Below, in pieces: positions 1-10,905 of a stretch of 64,000 bases of DNA (positions within the stretch are counted from its first letter, which is position 1; each line of letters begins with the position of its first letter). The DNA lies in assembly GCA_964019425.1 (NCBI GenBank), contig OZ025784.1, positions 248,001 through 312,000 of the forward strand, read 5' to 3'. The translations under genes and the position numbers were made by a program. The notes under the pieces are model-generated. The model ran no database searches and had not been told where the DNA came from. It was given only the letters and a program-made list of their open reading frames with translations. The stretch is from Flectonema sp. DT1601. Lineage: Eukaryota.

Positions 1-3000
1 CATAGTCGATCGATAAAAAAAACAATGATAACATTGTTTATTCTTTTTTTTTTTTTTTTTTTAAATTCTTTTTATTAATTTTTTAAAGAAAAAAAACGGA
101 AAATAGAAATTAGTCAACAAAGTCGAACGATAAAAAAAAACAATGATAACATTGTTTATTCTTTTTTTTTTATTTTTTTTTTTTAATATTTTTTTTTTAT
201 TTTGAAAAAAAAAACAATCAGTTTAGCGTCTTGACCAGGACGGAAAATAGAAAGTAATCGACATAGTCGATCGATAAAAAAAACAATGATAACATTGTTT
301 ATTCTTTTTTTGTATTTTTTTATATTCTTTTTTATTAATTTTGAAAAAAAAACAATCAGTTTAGCGTCTTGACCAGGACGGAAAATAGAAAGTAATCGAC
401 ATAGTCGATCGATAAAAAAAACAATGATAACATTGTTTATTCTTTTTTTTTTTTTTTTTTTAAATTCTTTTTATTTATTTTTTAAAGAAAAAAAACGGAA
501 AATAGAAATTAGTCAACAAAGTCGAACGATAAAAAAAAAACAATGATAACATTGTTTATTCTTTTTTTTTTTGTATTTTTTTTAATATTCTTTTTTATTA
601 ATTTTGAAAAAAAAAAAACAATCAGTTTAGCGTCTTGACCAGGACGGAAAATAGAAAGTAATCGACATAGTCGATCGATAAAAAAAACAATGATAACATT
701 GTTTATTCTTTTTTTGTATTTTTTTATATTCTTTTTTATTAATTTTGAAAAAAAAACAATCAGTTTAGCGTCTTGACCAGGACGGAAAATAGAAAGTAAT
801 CGACATAGTCGATCGATAAAAAAAACAATGATAACATTGTTTATTCTTTTTTTTTTATTTTTTTTTTTTAATATTTTTTTTTTTATTTTGAAAAAAAAAA
901 CAATCAGTTTAGCGTCTTGACCAGGACGGAAAATAGAAAGTAATCGACATAGTCGATCGATAAAAAAAAACAATGATAACATTGTTTATTCTTTTTTTTT
1001 ATTTTGTTTTCTTTTTATTCATTTTTTAAAGAAAAAAAACGGAAAATAGAAATTAGTCGACAAAGTCGAACGATAAAAAAAAAAACAATGATAACATTGT
1101 TTATTCTTTTTTTTTTTGTATTTTTTTTAATATTCTTTTTTATTAATTTTGAAAAAAAAAAAACAATCAGTTTAGCGTCTTGACCAGGACGGAAAATAGA
1201 AAGTAATCGACATAGTCGATCGATAAAAAAAAACAATGATAACATTGTTTATTCTTTTTTTTTATTTTGTTTTCTTTTTATTCATTTTTTAAAGAAAAAA
1301 AACGGAAAATAGAAATTAGTCGACAAAGTCGAACGATAAAAAAAAAAACAATGATAACATTGTTTATTCTTTTTTTTTTTGTATTTTTTTTAATATTCTT
1401 TTTTATTAATTTTGAAAAAAAAAAAACAATCAGTTTAGCGTCTTGACCAGGACGGAAAATAGAAAGTGATCGACATAGTCGATCGATAAAAAAACAATGA
1501 TAACATTGTTTATTCTTTTTTTTTATTTTAAATTCTTTTTATTTATTTTTTAAAGAAAAAAAAAACGGAAAATAGAAATTAGTCGACAAAGTCGAACGAT
1601 AAAAAAAACAATGATAACATTGTTTATTCTTTTTTTTTGTATTTTTTTATATTCTTTTTTATTAATTTTGAAAAAAAAAACAATCAGTTTAGCGTCTTGA
1701 CCAGGACGGAAAATAGAAAGTGATCGACATAGTCGATCGATAAAAAAAAAACAATGATAACATTGTTTATTCTTTTTTTTTATTTTAAATTCTTTTTATT
1801 TATTCTTTAAAGAAAAGAAACGGAAAATAGAAATTAGTCGACAAAGTCGAACGATAAAAAAAAACAATGATAACATTGTTTATTCTTTTTTTTTTTGTAT
1901 TTTTTTTAATATTCTTTTTTATTAATTTTGAAAAAAAAAAAAAACAATCAGTTTAGCGTCTTGACCAGGACGGAAAATAGAAAGTGATCGACATAGTCGA
2001 TCGATAAAAAAACAATGATAACATTGTTTATTCTTTTTTTTTATTTTAAATTCTTTTTATTTATTTTTTAAAGAAAAAAAAAACGGAAAATAGAAATTAG
2101 TCGACAAAGTCGAACGATAAAAAAAAACAATGATAACATTGTTTATTCTTTTTTTTGTATTTTTTTATATTCTTTTTTATTAATTTTGAAAAAAAAAACA
2201 ATCAGTTTAGCGTCTTGACCAGGACGGAAAATAGAAAGTGATCGACATAGTCGATCGATAAAAAAACAATGATAACATTGTTTATTTTTTTTTTTTTTAT
2301 TTTAAATTCTTTTTATTTATTCTTTAAAGAAAAGAAACGGAAAATAGAAATTAGTCGACAAAGTCGAACGATAAAAAAAAAACAATGATAACATTGTTTA
2401 TTCTTTTTTTTTTTTTTTTTTTTATATTCTTTTTTATTAATTTTGAAAAAAAAACAATCAGTTTAGCGTCTTGACCAGGACGGAAAATAGAAAGTGATCG
2501 ACATAGTCGATCGATAAAAAAACAATGATAACATTGTTTATTCTTTTTTATTTATTTTAAATTCTTTTTATTTATTTTTTAAAGAAAAAAAACGGAAAAT
2601 AGAAATTAGTCAACAAAGTCGAACAATAAAAAAAAAACAATGATAACATTGTTTATTCTTTTTTTTTTTTTTTTTTTTTATATTCTTTTTTATTAATTTT
2701 GAAAAAAAAAAAACAATCAGTTTAGCGTCTTGACCAGGACGGAAAATAGAAAGTAATCGACATAGTCGATCGATAAAAAAACAATGATGACATTGTTTAT
2801 TCTTTTTTTTTATTTTAAATTCTTTTTATTTATTATTTAAAGAAAAGAAACGGAAAATAGAAATTAGTCGACAAAGTCGAACGATAAAAAAAAAACAATG
2901 ATAACATTGTTTATTCTTTTTTTTTTTTTTTTTATATTCTTTTTATTAATTTTTTAAAAAAAAAAAAAAAAAAAACAATCAGTTTAGCGTCTTGACCAGG

Positions 3001-3075
3001 ACGGAAAACTGGAAGTAATCGACATAGTCGATCGATAAAAAAAACAATGATAACATTGTTTCATCTTTTATATTT
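1..3075 (+). repeat. Tandem satellite of ~120-bp A and B monomers, mostly alternating as a ~240-bp dimer; truncated at window start
   Basis: A monomer: aacaatcagtttagcgtcttgaccaggacggaaaatagaaagt(a/g)atcgacatagtcgatcgata(n)caatgataacattgtttattc(t)n. B monomer: aaacggaaaatagaaattagtcgacaaagtcgaacgata(n)caatgataacattgtttattc(t)n. Variation is mostly in homopolymer length. Confidence 0.97.
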
Positions 3076-3371
3076 TTTAATTTTTTTTTATATTTGAAGA
3101 AAAGAAAGAAGAAAAAAAAAAAAAAAAAAAACAAGCGGAATTGATCATAATGGGTGGCAGGGGTTGATATAACTTCATTTGAAAATTCTTCTTTTTTAAT
3201 TTCTTTTTTTTTGAAATTTTTTTTTTTATTTAACAGGAGTTAAGATCACTTACATGAGTTAACACAACACAGATACGAGAGTAGCAAAATGAGGTAACAC
3301 TACCAATTCAACAAAAAATAATCAGGATCGGACACAAGGAGGAGAGTTCATTCTACCTCTCACTGTCCTTG

Positions 3372-3472
3372 CTGGTATCTTAAGTGTCTTGGTATCTCTT
3401 GTGTGTCGGTATCTCGGAAGTGCTGGTATCTCGTATGTGCGTTGGTATCTCTTGCGTGTTGGTATCTCTTGC
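3372..3472 (+). repeat. Minisatellite, six copies of a GGTATCT core with a 16-20 bp period
   Basis: ctggtatctt, ttggtatctc, tcggtatctc, ctggtatctc, ttggtatctc, ttggtatctc in series. Confidence 0.85.
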
Positions 3473-3527
3473 ACATAATAAAAAAAAATATTGAGTTAAC
3501 ATGATCAGTTTTATTTATCATCAGAGA

Positions 3528-3650
3528 CAGACCGGAACTATTTGAAAATAAAATGTAGATGGGAAACAGTGAAAATTAAAATGAATGATAAAATTAAATG
3601 AGATTTATGACATAACAGACCAGATAGAGAGTAATAAAGGGAAAAGGAAA
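3528..3650 (+). repeat. Dispersed block (acagacc..gtagatgggaaaca..taacagaccaga) shared by the family-2 flank and family 1
   Basis: Near-identical parts at 6320-6368 and 14439-14509; a diverged version lies inside family 1 at ~9213-9330 and in its other copies. Confidence 0.8.
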
Positions 3651-3754
3651 ACGGAAAGGGTTCATTCACTTAGTTAAAGTTAAGACCGATTAGTCAGTTT
3701 AAGGTCTTGACTAGGACCAACAAAAAAAAAAAAAATATAAATAAATAAATAAAT

Positions 3755-4176
3755 AACGATCAAGCTGAGCTGATCTTGTTTTTATTAAAATAAGGGGAGC
3801 GGGAGGGATGGAAGGAATAAAGGAAAAAAAAAGAAAAGGTCGATCAATTGGATCTGGTCGTCGAGAAGAAGAAGACAATTATTTTAAAGGTCGATCGGCA
3901 TAGCCGATCGTTGAGAAAAATAACCAGATATAAATACAATCAGTTTAAATAAAAAAAAAAAATAAATAAATTAAAAAAAAAAAAGTTTAACGATCAAGCT
4001 GAGCTGATCTTGTTTTTATTAAAATAAGGGGAGCGGGAGGGATGGAAGGAATAAAGGGAAAAAAAAGAAAAGGTCGATCAATTGGATCTGATCGTCGAGA
4101 AGAAGAAAACAATTGTTTTTAAAAAAATGATCGGTATAGCCGATCGTTGAGAAAAGAACAGATATAAATACAATCG
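3755..4176 (+). repeat. Tandem duplication of a ~234-bp hairpin-rich unit, a diverged relative of the satellite dimer
   Basis: aacgatcaagctgagctgatcttg starts at ~3755 and ~3989. The units contain gatcggcatagccgatc / gatcggtatagccgatc and acaatcagttta, homologous to satellite motifs. Confidence 0.85.
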
Positions 4177-4672
4177 ATTTTGGTGATCGACGAGTGGAGC
4201 GATCACTTGACAAGAAGGAAAAAAGAAAGGACCGATTAATTGGGGCTTTGGTTGTATTCCCAAGGCATGTTTTTTTTTTTTTTTTTTTTATTCATTTACA
4301 TTTTTTTTTTTTTTTTTTTTTTTAAATTAATAATCACATTTTGTTCAAAAATATTTCATATTAGAGTAAAAGAAAAAGAAAAAAAGAATAAGAGAAAAAA
4401 AAAAAAAAAAAAAAACCATTGCTGGCCCCCTCACCACTCATAGAGGATGAGGAGGCCAGTAAGGCGTCACTCAAATCTATGCCAAGCCTTGGGAACTTGG
4501 ATTGGGGTTTAGACCATTTATAATTAACAATTAACAATTAACCTGATTAACGTTATGATCTGACGGACATAAACATATCGATAAAATAATACAAACAAAA
4601 ACGAACAATAAATAATAAATAAGCTAAAAAAACTAAATAAACAAAATGATGTGAAAGTAAGGAAAAAGAGAA

Positions 4673-6286
4673 TTACAAGGGGGTGGAGTCACCGTGAACG
4701 TCATCAGCAGAACATCTCCTTCGATTGTAACGATATCTTGATGGAGGGGTCCGTTTTTTCAGAGTTGAACGCTCAGACTTTCTCGGCGGAGTTTCATTTT
4801 CCTCATGTTCTTCTGTGTCTGGCGGACTCAAACCTTCTGCCCATGAAGCTAATTGGAACTTCAGGGCCGCAATTTGAGACCGTGCCAAGGCGAGTTGAGC
4901 ATTTAAATCGCTCGCCAGTCCCGTTAACATCATGGATTGCTCAAGCTGCTCTGCGTGAGTTGTACACCGTTGGTGATTCAGCTCCGAGAGGCGAAGTTGG
5001 GCATCCAAAAGTTGTTCTGAGAGCTCTGCCGCTTTCTCGTTTGTTTCGAGAGAGTCATCTACTGCTCGACAGTAATTCTCGAGTAAGTCAATCCTACCCT
5101 CGGACCATTGTCTCGCAATAGGTGTATTCTCTTTAACGGAGATAACGTGACTCTCTTGTCGTAAAATCTTGGTCGGCGTGCGGTCGAGAGCTTCACTCTG
5201 CGGCATTGTCGGAGGAATTGAGGCTAGAGGACAAAGAGGGGTGATATAATTAAGGGTAGGGATAAGGGGTTTAATAAGAGGAGTAAAAAGACTACTCGTA
5301 GTTGTAAAGAGCGAGAGGTAGTTCTTTGCTATCTTCATCATAGCAACAGATTCATACAGAACGGGGGTTCGGGGGGAAACTTGTTGACTAAAGTGGGTCA
5401 TACGGGGACGCGCGGCACGCAAACTCTCGACCTCCTGTTGAGTATAGAAAAGTCTTATTTTACTTTCTCTTTCCTCATTACATTTGGTCTCCAATTCGTT
5501 CGACAGAAGAACAAACCTTTGATGGTAATTAAAGAGCGCCATTTCCGATAGGTCTGCTCTCTGAGTCAGATTTGCGAGCTCACGTTTCCTGTAATCTTCC
5601 ACTAAGTCATATTGTCGAGCTAGTGCAGAAAGAGAAGTCTTCGATTCATCGCGTTCTGCTGTTAACCGTTGAATTACTCCTTCCAGAAGTTCATATTCTT
5701 TTCTATCTTTTTCAATAATTAAAACAGGGGGCGCAGGAGGAAGTGAGGATGGATCCTGGTTGGTAGCTTTGATCTCAACAGGTAATCCATTTAGAAACTG
5801 CTTGTCTTTCTCGAGGGAGGCTGACATCGCATTAAAGTAAAATAAAAATAGAACATAAAAAATTCGTTCTTTCATTTGCTCTAATTCGTTTTCTAAAATC
5901 TGGCATTTCAAGGAAAGTTTCAGCCTTAATTTTCCTTCTTTTTTTTTGTACAAGGGGGTTTGAGAACCCATGTCAGATTGAGTTCTTATCACTATAGCGA
6001 AATCAGCAGGAAGTGTTTGCGATCCCGTTGACATGAGTTCAGGTGGGGGAGTCTGGAAAGAGATGGAAGAAATAGAAGAGAATGACAAGGAGAGTCCAGT
6101 GAGCTCATCCTCATCTAACAAAACAGAAGGGGCCGGGGAGGAAGAACCATTGGCAATAAGTAGAATAGAAAGAGCCGATGCGTAACAAGTTTGCCAGATA
6201 AAACATTTCTCAAGCCACGATCTTTCAATGGTGAGCTTTTCGATCGTTTTCAGTTTTGTTACTTTGTGGATTTTGACTTCTTCCAC
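4673..6286 (-). CDS. Repeat-embedded coiled-coil protein, probably 5'-truncated; candidate mobile-element ORF1/gag-like protein
   Basis: 537-codon open frame with a GTG start abutting a repeat junction at ~6320. It has heptad-rich E/L/R/Q segments, two GSQT motifs and a basic C-terminus RKSERSTLKKRTPPSRY. No RT or transposase motifs seen. Confidence 0.55.
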   Translation of the reverse strand: MEEVKIHKVTKLKTIEKLTIERSWLEKCFIWQTCYASALSILLIANGSSSPAPSVLLDEDELTGLSLSFSSISSISFQTPPPELMSTGSQTLPADFAIVIRTQSDMGSQTPLYKKKEGKLRLKLSLKCQILENELEQMKERIFYVLFLFYFNAMSASLEKDKQFLNGLPVEIKATNQDPSSLPPAPPVLIIEKDRKEYELLEGVIQRLTAERDESKTSLSALARQYDLVEDYRKRELANLTQRADLSEMALFNYHQRFVLLSNELETKCNEERESKIRLFYTQQEVESLRAARPRMTHFSQQVSPRTPVLYESVAMMKIAKNYLSLFTTTSSLFTPLIKPLIPTLNYITPLCPLASIPPTMPQSEALDRTPTKILRQESHVISVKENTPIARQWSEGRIDLLENYCRAVDDSLETNEKAAELSEQLLDAQLRLSELNHQRCTTHAEQLEQSMMLTGLASDLNAQLALARSQIAALKFQLASWAEGLSPPDTEEHEENETPPRKSERSTLKKRTPPSRYRYNRRRCSADDVHGDSTPL

Positions 6287-6368
6287 AGGGAAGATTTCTT
6301 TATTTAAACTTTTTTTTTTAACAGACCGTAACTATTTGAAAATAATGTAGATGGGAAACAGTGAAAAG

Positions 6369-7217
6369 TATTTTCCGTCCTGGTCAAGACGCTAAACTGA
6401 TTGTTTTTTTTTTAATAAATAAAAAGAAATAAAAAAAAAAAAAAAAAATAAACAATGTTATCATTGTTTTTTTTTTTTCGACTATGTCGATCACTTTCTA
6501 TTTTCCGTCCTGGTCAAGACGCTAAACTGATTGTTTTTTTTTTCAAAATTAATAAAAAAGAATATAAAAAAAAAAATAAAAAAAAAAGAATAAACAATGT
6601 TATCATTGTTTTTTTTTTTATCGTTCGACTTTGTTGACTAATTTCTATTTTCCGTTTTTTTTCTTTTTAAAATAAAAAGAATTTAAAAAAAAAAAAAAAA
6701 AAGAGTAAACAATGTTATCATTGTTTTTTTTATCGATCGACTATGTCGATTACTTTCTATTTTCCGTCCTGGTCAAGACGCTAAACTGATTGTTTTTTTT
6801 TCAAAATTAATAAAAAAGAATATAAAAAAAAACAAAAAAAAAAAGAATAAACAATGTTATCATTGTTTTTTTTTATCGTTCGACTTTGTCGACTAATTTT
6901 TATTTTCCGTTTTTTTTCTTTAAAAATAAATAAAAAGAATTTAAAAAAAAAAAAAAAAAAAGAATAAACAATGTTATCATTGTTTTTTTATCGATCGACT
7001 ATGTCGATCACTTTCTATTTTCCGTCCTGGTCAAGACGCTAAACTGATTGTTTTTTCTTTAAAATAATAAAAAGGATTAAAAAAAAAAAAAAAAAAAAAA
7101 AAGAATAAACAATGTTATCATTGTTTTTTATCGATCGACTATGTCGATCACTTTCTATTTTCCGTCCTGGTCAAGACGCTAAACTGATTGTTTTTTCTTT
7201 AAAAAATAATTAAAAGG

Positions 7218-7248
<31 letters not shown>

Positions 7249-7640
7249 ATAAACAATGTTATCATTGTTTTTTTATCGATCGACTATGTCGATCACTTTC
7301 AATTTTCCGTCCTGGTCAGGACGCTAAACTGATTGTTTTTTCTTTAAAAATAAATAAAAAGAATAAAAAAAAAGAAAAAAAAAAGGAATAAACAATGTTA
7401 TCATTGTTTTTTTTTTATCGATCGACTATGTCGATTACTTTCTATTTTCCGTCCTGGTCAGGACGCTAAACTGATTGTTTTTTCTTTAAAAATAAATAAA
7501 AAGAATAAAAAAAAAAGAAAAAAAAAAGGAATAAACAATGTTATCATTGTTTTTTATCGATCGACTATGTCGATCACTTTCTATTTTCCGTCCTGGTCAA
7601 GACGCTAAACTGATTGTTTTTTCTTTAAAATAATTAAAAG

Positions 7641-7673
<33 letters not shown>

Positions 7674-7925
7674 ATAAACAATGTTATCATTGTCTTTTTT
7701 CTATCGATCGACTATGTGGATCACTTTCAATTTTCCGTCCTGGTCAGGACGCTAAACTGATTGTTTTTTCTTTAAAAATAAATAAAAAGAATAAAAAAAA
7801 AAAAAAAAAAAAGGAATAAACAATGTTATCATTGTTTTTTTTCTATCGATCGACTATGTCGATTAATTTCTATTTTCCGTCCTGATCGAGACGCTAAACT
7901 GATTGTTTCCTTTTTTTAAATAATA
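6369..7925 (-). repeat. Satellite array, inverted relative to 1-3075
   Basis: Reverse complement of the monomers (ttttccgtcctggtcaagacgctaaactgattg), ending in a terminal variant ccgtcctgatcgagacg. Confidence 0.97.
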
Positions 7926-7926
7926 A

Positions 7927-7959
<33 letters not shown>

Positions 7960-7963
<4 letters not shown>

Positions 7964-8360
7964 ATCTCCCTGCTATCCTCATATCCCCACAATAATATTA
8001 TACCTTTTCATTTTCTCTTTCCTTTTCTGGTCTTTTTTTTTTCTTTTTTTCCTTTTTCATACAACGTTTTTTATTTATATTTTATTTTTTTTTTTTTTTT
8101 TCATGTTTGATTATTTCCTCTTCATATTTTTTTTCTATTCTTTCTTTTTTTTTTTTTTTTTTTTTTTCTCTACCTCTCTCTTAATTCTGTTCGTTTCTTT
8201 GAAACGAAAATTCATTTGAATATTATTCCTTGGTCAGCAACCATCATTGTCGCCCTTTGGGCCTGTTAAAAAAAAAAAAAAAATAAAAAGAAAGTTTACA
8301 TCGGGAATAGGGCAGGAGCCAAAAGCTCCCAGTCCGTTACTTCCCACTTATCGAAATTCA
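7960..8360 (+). mobile_element. Family-2 terminal segment (~400 bp) capping the satellite, with invariant end ..gaaattca
   Basis: Three copies (7960-8360, 14023-14438, inverted 17301-17703). Each is joined to the terminal satellite monomer and stops at the same ga(a)attca with different flanking DNA. Confidence 0.75.
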
Positions 8361-8672
8361 TTTATCGTTCGACTTTGTCGACTAATTTCTATTTTCCGTT
8401 TTTTTTTTCCTTTAAAAAATAAATAAAAAGAATTTAAAAAAAAAAAAGAATAAACAATGTTATCATTGTTTTTTTATCGATCGACTTTGTCGACTAATTT
8501 CTATTTTCCGTCCTGGTCAAGACGCTAAACTGATTGTTTTTTTTTTTAATAAATAAAAAGAAATAAAAAAAAAAAAAAAAAAGAATAAACAATGTTATCA
8601 TTGTTTTTTTATCGTTCGACTTTGTCGACTAATTTCTATTTTCCGTTTTTTTTTTCCTTTAAAAAATAAATA
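8361..8672 (-). repeat. Satellite array, interrupted by family-1 copy A
   Basis: The monomer resumes in register at 10244 (aaataaata|aaaagaattt). Confidence 0.95.
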
Positions 8673-10244
8673 GAGTTGAATTTCCAGGTGAGATTTGGAC
8701 TGTTAGCTTTTGGCTAAGGCCCTCCCTGAAGAGCAAGAACAAAAAAACTACTCACACCTGAAGAAAACATACACAAAGAACACACTGTAAGCTGTGCGTG
8801 TATTTTGTGTTTGTCACAACAGGAGAGAAAAGAAAGAATGTCAAGGTTGATCACCTTGCCTATCAACGCACAACATTGGTGGTCTCTACTAGACCCTGAG
8901 TGATCCCACTGGATCTCTCATCGTTCATAGTACCTATGTGAAGTTATAAAATCAAAGGTAAACTATGAACTACAAATGACTTAGCCTGTTATTATAATGC
9001 CACAGGCAGGCCCTGCATTCAGCAACTATCCAGCAGTGCTTGGATGTCCTGATCTTCTTCTAAAAAAAAGAAGGAAAAACAAAACTGTAGCTGGGATCAC
9101 TCAGGATCAACAGACTACCAATGCTACCTGTTGTACTTGCTCACTATGGGGGGTGATGCCAAACACCCAGAAGTACTAAACTGCTTTCCTTCTTGCTGCC
9201 CAGGAGTTTCTGACCAGAACTAATAGAAAATAAAAAGTAGATGGGAAACAATAAAAAGTAAAATGGATATAACTGAAGTTAAACAAGACAAATGAAGTAA
9301 CAGACCAGAACAGAAAGAGAATTGTAATAGAAGATTACAAATAAAAAAAATGCAAGTATCAACACATGATCAGGATACACCAGCAGCTAACAAACAACAT
9401 AAAATTGAAGATCAGTTGCCAGAGTATTTCAACCATGGTAGAATACTCGCCCCTCTGGCAGGGATTATCCCAGACTTGTCCTTTAATTTAGTTGGACACC
9501 ATGGCTTACAACCCTTCCAGAGGGAAGCACCATTATGACTTCTATTTTTTTTCTTCAAGAAAATCATAAGGTGGGAACAAAGAAAAATGCTAAGAGGAAC
9601 CCCTTATTAACACCTAAGACATCTAAACTGCAGCACAGCTTATGCCCAATGCACTAACAGGTCATTCCCTCACACTCAGATCAAAAAATCAAAGTTCAGA
9701 GTGCATCTTAGAGTGAATGAGAGAATTTCCTCCCGCTTTTTTTGAACAAAAGAGATAGGAGAAGGGATAGAAAACGAACATAACAATAAGATTCTAAGTG
9801 AGAAACACTTAGCAGAAACACTTAGCAGCTTTTAAGGAGCTGAAAAGCAAAAAAAATATCTAAGTGAGAAACACTTAGTAGAAACAATTTGTAGCTAATT
9901 AAGCTGAAAATAAAAAAATAAAAAATTTCTAAGTGAGAAATACTTAGCAACTTTTAGAACAAATATTTCAGTAAATAACCTGTAATGATTAAACCATTAC
10001 AAGTTTGATGCCAAAACTGACAAAGACTGAGTTGAATTTCCAGGTGAGATTTGGACTGTTAGCTTTTGGCTAAGGCCCTCCCTGAAGAGCAAGAACAAAA
10101 AAACTACTCACACCTGAAGAAAACATACACAAAGAACACACTGTAAGCTGTGCGTGTATTTTGTGTTTGTCACAACAGGAGAGAAAAGAAAGAATGTCAA
10201 GGTTGATCACCTTGCCTATCAACGCACAACATTGGTGGTCTCTA
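8673..10244. mobile_element. Family-1 element copy A: 1356-bp monomer plus a ~215-bp partial tandem copy (pseudo-LTR-like); non-coding, no TSD
   Basis: gagttgaatttccaggtgag at 8673 and again at 10029; inserted cleanly into a satellite monomer. Confidence 0.9.
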
Positions 10245-10905
10245 AAAGAATTTAAAAAAAAAAAAGAATAAACAATGTTATCATTGTTTTTTTTTTTTAT
10301 CGTTCGACTTTGTCGACTAATTTCTATTTTCCGTTTTTTTTTTTCTCTTTAAAAAATAAATAAAAAGAATTTAAAATAAAAAAAAAGAATAAACAATGTT
10401 ATCATTGTTTTTTTATCGATCGACTATGTCGATCACTTTCTATTTTCCGTCCTGGTCAAGACGCTAAACTGATTGTTTTTTTTTTTAATAAATAAAAAGA
10501 AATAAAAAAAAAAAAAAAAAAAGAATAAACAATGTTATCATTGTTTTTTTATCGTTCGACTTTGTCGACTAATTTCTATTTTCCGTTTTTTTTTTCCTTT
10601 AAAAAATAAATAAAAAGAATTTAAAAAAAAAAAGAATAAACAATGTTATCATTGTTTTTTTATCGATCGACTATGTCGATTACTTTCTATTTTCCGTCCT
10701 GGTCAAGACGCTAAACTGATTGTTTTTTTTTTTTTTTTTTTTCAAAATTAATAAAAAAGAATATAAAAAAAAAAATAAAAAAAAGAATAAACAATGTTAT
10801 CATTGTTTTTTTTATCGTTCGACTTTGTCGACTAATTTCTATTTTCCGTTTTTTTCTTTAAAAAATAAATAAAAAGAATTTAAAATAAAAAAAAAGAATA
10901 AACAT
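10244..10905 (-). repeat. Satellite array
   Basis: A/B monomers in reverse orientation. Confidence 0.95.

Noticed and set aside
509..1245. ORFs in the satellite (also 6455, 12536, 19005, 21402)
   Set aside because: Translations of tandem repeats whose frames depend on homopolymer length
1..3075. CRISPR-like array or spliced-leader RNA gene array
   Set aside because: The intervals between conserved blocks are A/T homopolymers, not unique spacers; there are no cas genes; only CAGTTT resembles the euglenozoan SL, not the full exon
4651..5121. Antisense or overlapping ORFs (also within 32985-33290, 43274-44739, 55150-55635, 57099-57454)
   Set aside because: Shadow frames of longer or well-identified genes
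8720..8840. Hammerhead or HDV-like ribozyme in the family-1 end (CTGAAGA occurs twice)
   Set aside because: No stem II closed by GAAA with a matching NUH site, and no HDV P1/P1.1 arrangement could be built by eye; a formal scan is still worthwhile
8997..9538. 60-78 aa ORFs repeated in family-1 copies
   Set aside because: Short, with no motifs; recurrence reflects copy identity, and start or stop codons differ between copies
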